Source of the DNA: Mobula birostris | Lineage: Eukaryota | Assembly (NCBI RefSeq): GCF_030028105.1 | Contig: NC_092374.1 | Span: 175,112,057-175,176,056, forward strand | Length of the DNA: 64,000 nt | Direction of reading: 5' to 3' | In this document: one piece after another, positions 61,200 to 64,000 of the stretch | Position numbering within the stretch: the first letter of the stretch is position 1 | Layout of the letters: each line of letters starts with the position of its first letter | Notes under the pieces: model-generated | Databases searched by the model: none | What the model saw: only the letters and a program-made list of their open reading frames with translations | Told to the model about the DNA's origin: nothing | Translations under genes and position numbers: made by a program

Positions 61200-64000
61200 C
61201 ACCACCATCTTCTCCTCCTCAATTGTGAGACATGGATCGAAAACACGTCGCAGTTGTTAGGGGAGTGGCCAGGCTCGGATGAGGAAAAGAGACAGCGATT
61301 AGTGGGAAGTTTGTGGGGAGTGGCGGCTGGTGTCGTCCAGGGACTGAAAGCTGAACAGCCCTCGGCTTCCCTGGCGGAGTATCTGGAAGCTTTGGAGGGT
61401 GCGTTTGGATTGACAGGAGGTTCCTGGGAGCTTTTAGCGGAGTTTCACAACATGGGGCAGGGTAGAGGGGAAAACCTCTCAGAATACATTTTTCGGCTGG
61501 AGAGAATGCTTACTGGGTTGCTGCGCCGAGGGGTAGTGAGGGTGGACGAAGTGGCGAAGTTGATGATGAATCAGATATCTAGGGGTTCCTTGGGGAGGAT
61601 CAGGTGGCTTGGAGTCTCCGGCAGTCCTACAAAAGGAGCCCCCCTCCATCATTCAGTCAGCTGATTAGAGAGGTGTGGGAGGATCAGAGCGCCTTGGGCC
61701 AGAAAGAGGACCCTGGCCACGGGGAACGATCCTCAGCAGTACAGGAGGTGGTGGCTGGGTTGAGAACCGAGCGACCCAAGGGGTCCCAGGTAGGTAGGGA
61801 CCCTCCTGCATGAGTGGGTTGATAAGGAGAGCACTCGCTTCAGGGGCGGACCGCGCAGAGGGCTGGGAGTGGCGGGCGTCCCGGGAGGAGAGGGGTGGCA
61901 GGTAGTGTGTGCTATAACTGTGGGAAAGGGGCATTTCTGGCAGGAATGTGAGCGGCAGGAGGTGTGCTACAGCTGTGGGGGAGAGGGACCCTTCCGGAGG
62001 GATTGTGAGAGACAAGATACCCCGCGGAGGGCAAGCCCCTGGGCGATTAAGAAGGGAGAGGTGTCAGGAAACTTAGGAGAGACTCAGTAAGGGAACGGAC
62101 TGGAGTCTCTGGAGGAACACGTTGCCCAAAATCTGCCATGGGACCCCTGCAAGCCCAAGCCCTTATTCCAGATGGATTAGTGGGACCCCGCTCCAGCGTG
62201 TCCCTACGGATAGAGGGAATCTTTGCAAGGGCCATTTTTGACACCGGGTTGCAGGTTACCTTATTGTACCAGTCGTTCTACAACAAATATCTAAAGCATC
62301 TGCCAGTAACCCTGTTTAATGCCCTGGAGATCTGGGGTATAAGTGATGGTGATTACCCGTACGATGGGTACCTGTCAGTGAGATTGGAATTCTGAGGGCA
62401 GTGTGGGAGTGTCTGAAGCCTTTGAGATGTTGGTGTTGGTTTGTCCGGATCCAATGGAAACAGGTGGCACTGCCCTTCTGGTGGGGACTAACTCCCCTCT
62501 TGTGCAATGGCTCCTGGGAGCCTGTAAGGAGAAGGTGGGGGAGAACATTCTGGAGACCCTCGCGGTCACCCAGTGTTTCGAGCAGTGTTCGCAGAAGCGG
62601 GTGGCCACAGGGCTGGATCCTGAGTTCAAACGAGGGACGGTAAGGTATACTCAGGCGAGGCCTAAAGTGATACGGCCAGGGGAGGTGGCACTAGTGTTGG
62701 GGACCCCCAGATTCCCCGGAGTACCAGCGGGCAAGGCCCTATTAGTGGATGCCCCGGAAGACCTTGAAGGGGAGTCCTGGTTCCCGGCTGGGGTACTGGT
62801 GATACCTGAATTGCAGAGGCCCTCAGTTCTACAGGCACGCCGGATAGGGGTGATGGTAAGGAATGTAACGGAGAGGGAGATCACCATTAAGCGCGGGATG
62901 CCCCTTGCACGCTTGTTCCTGGTGATGGTGATGTCTAGCGCCCCCATGAGGCCCACTGGAGGAAAACTATTGGAGAACAGGGGCCGGCTGACCGAGGAGG
63001 CCTTTAATTTTGAGGACTCCCCTGTGCTGCCGAAGTGTAAGAGAAGGCTGGTGGAGAAGATGCTGAAGTTAGGGGATGTCTTTTCTCAGGGCAAGTTTGA
63101 TGTGGGTTGTTCCAAGAGCACTCGTCACACTATCCGAGTGACAAATGACACCCCGTTTAGAGAAAGGTCGCAGCGGCTGGCCCCGGCTGATATGGAAGAT
63201 GGGCGGCAGCACTTGCGCCAGTTGAAGGATGTGGGGATTATCGCGGAGCCCCTATGCATCCCCTATAGTAGTGGCTAGGAAGAAAAATGGGAAAGTACGC
63301 ATGTGTGTGGACTACAGGACCCTGAACTGGTGCACTGTCCCTGACCAGTATACGGACCTGAGGGTTGAAGATGCATTGGCCTGTTTGAGTGGTGCCCAGT
63401 GGTTTAGTGTATTGGATTTGCGGAGCGGGTATTACAGATTCCGATGAGTGGGGCCCATAAAGAGAAGACGGCCTTCATCTGCCCCCTGGGATTCTTTCAG
63501 TTCGAACAAATGTCCCAAGGTGTATCAGGGGGTCCCAGCCACCTTCCAGAGGGTCATGGAGAGGACAGTGGAGGATATGAACCTGCTTGAGGTGTTGCTG
63601 TGTCTGGAAGACTTGATAGTGTTTGGATCTACTTTGGAAGAACATGAGGAGTGGCTATTGAAGGTGTTAAGCCGGCTGAAGGAGGAAGGGTTGAAACTTT
63701 CCTTGGACAAATGCCAGTTTTTCAAGATGTCTGTTGGCTATGTCGGACACATAATCTCGTCAGATGGAGTGGCTACCGATCCGGCTAAGATGGATGCAGT
63801 GACCACCTGGCCGAGACCCCAGACTGTGAGCGCCCTGTGCTCGTTTTTGGGGTTCTATGGGTATTATCAGCAATTTGTGAAAGGATACGCTAAAGTGAGT
63901 ACCCCATTGAACCAGCTTTTGTGTGGCTATTTCCCCCTTTGGGGAAGAAAAGGAAGGGAGACCGAGGGCAGGAGGCAGGAGGATATCTGAACCTGTCGGA
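61200..64000 (+). mobile_element. Ty3/Gypsy LTR retrotransposon gag-pol (PNMA-like gag, zinc knuckles, protease, RT), degenerate, continues beyond the window
   Basis: EKRQRLVGSL.G.A..V..L..YLEALEGAFG, CYSCGGEGPFRRDC, AIFDTGLQVTLL, SPYASPIVVARKKNGKVRMCVDYRTLN, LDLRSGYY, LCLEDLIVF (decayed YLDD). Confidence 0.92.

Overview
This is a repeat-dense (AT ~55%) genomic window from a cartilaginous fish, probably a ray or shark, with two N-gaps (7482-7637, 58618-58748). The only host gene I can support is an MHC class II alpha-chain gene on the + strand. It has exon 2 (alpha-1, 17929-18177), exon 3 (alpha-2 Ig C1, 19576-19856) and exon 4 (connecting peptide/TM/tail, 34441-34588). Exon 3 is 281 nt instead of 282 and carries a 1-nt deletion at ~19656 (GGA-TTC-TAT to GGATCTAT), so the locus is a null allele, a pseudogene or an assembly error. 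I could not find a leader exon or an S-X-Y promoter. Intron 3 is 14.6 kb and contains a nested stack: a CR1 LINE interrupted by a GGAA-tailed retroposon, a hAT-in-hAT composite with two separate 8-bp TSDs, and a 4.9-kb AcademX transposon (TAG..CTA ends, 3-bp TSD, XPG-like nuclease, Cys-rich tail). The rest of the window is CR1, Rex1/Babar, L1-Tx1, Penelope-like, BEL/Pao, Gypsy, hAT, Tc1, V-SINE/tRNA-SINE and solo-LTR sequence. Less obvious signals: (1) the abundant short Penelope terminal repeat carries a minimal type-I hammerhead ribozyme motif, nearly intact at 3756-3792, and forms inverted hairpins; (2) a consensus CTCF site lies in a CpG-rich patch upstream of the MHC exons; (3) two L1-Tx1 copies sit in tandem as CATAT-[A]-CATAT-[B]-CATAT. 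All family assignments come from recalled motifs, not database searches.
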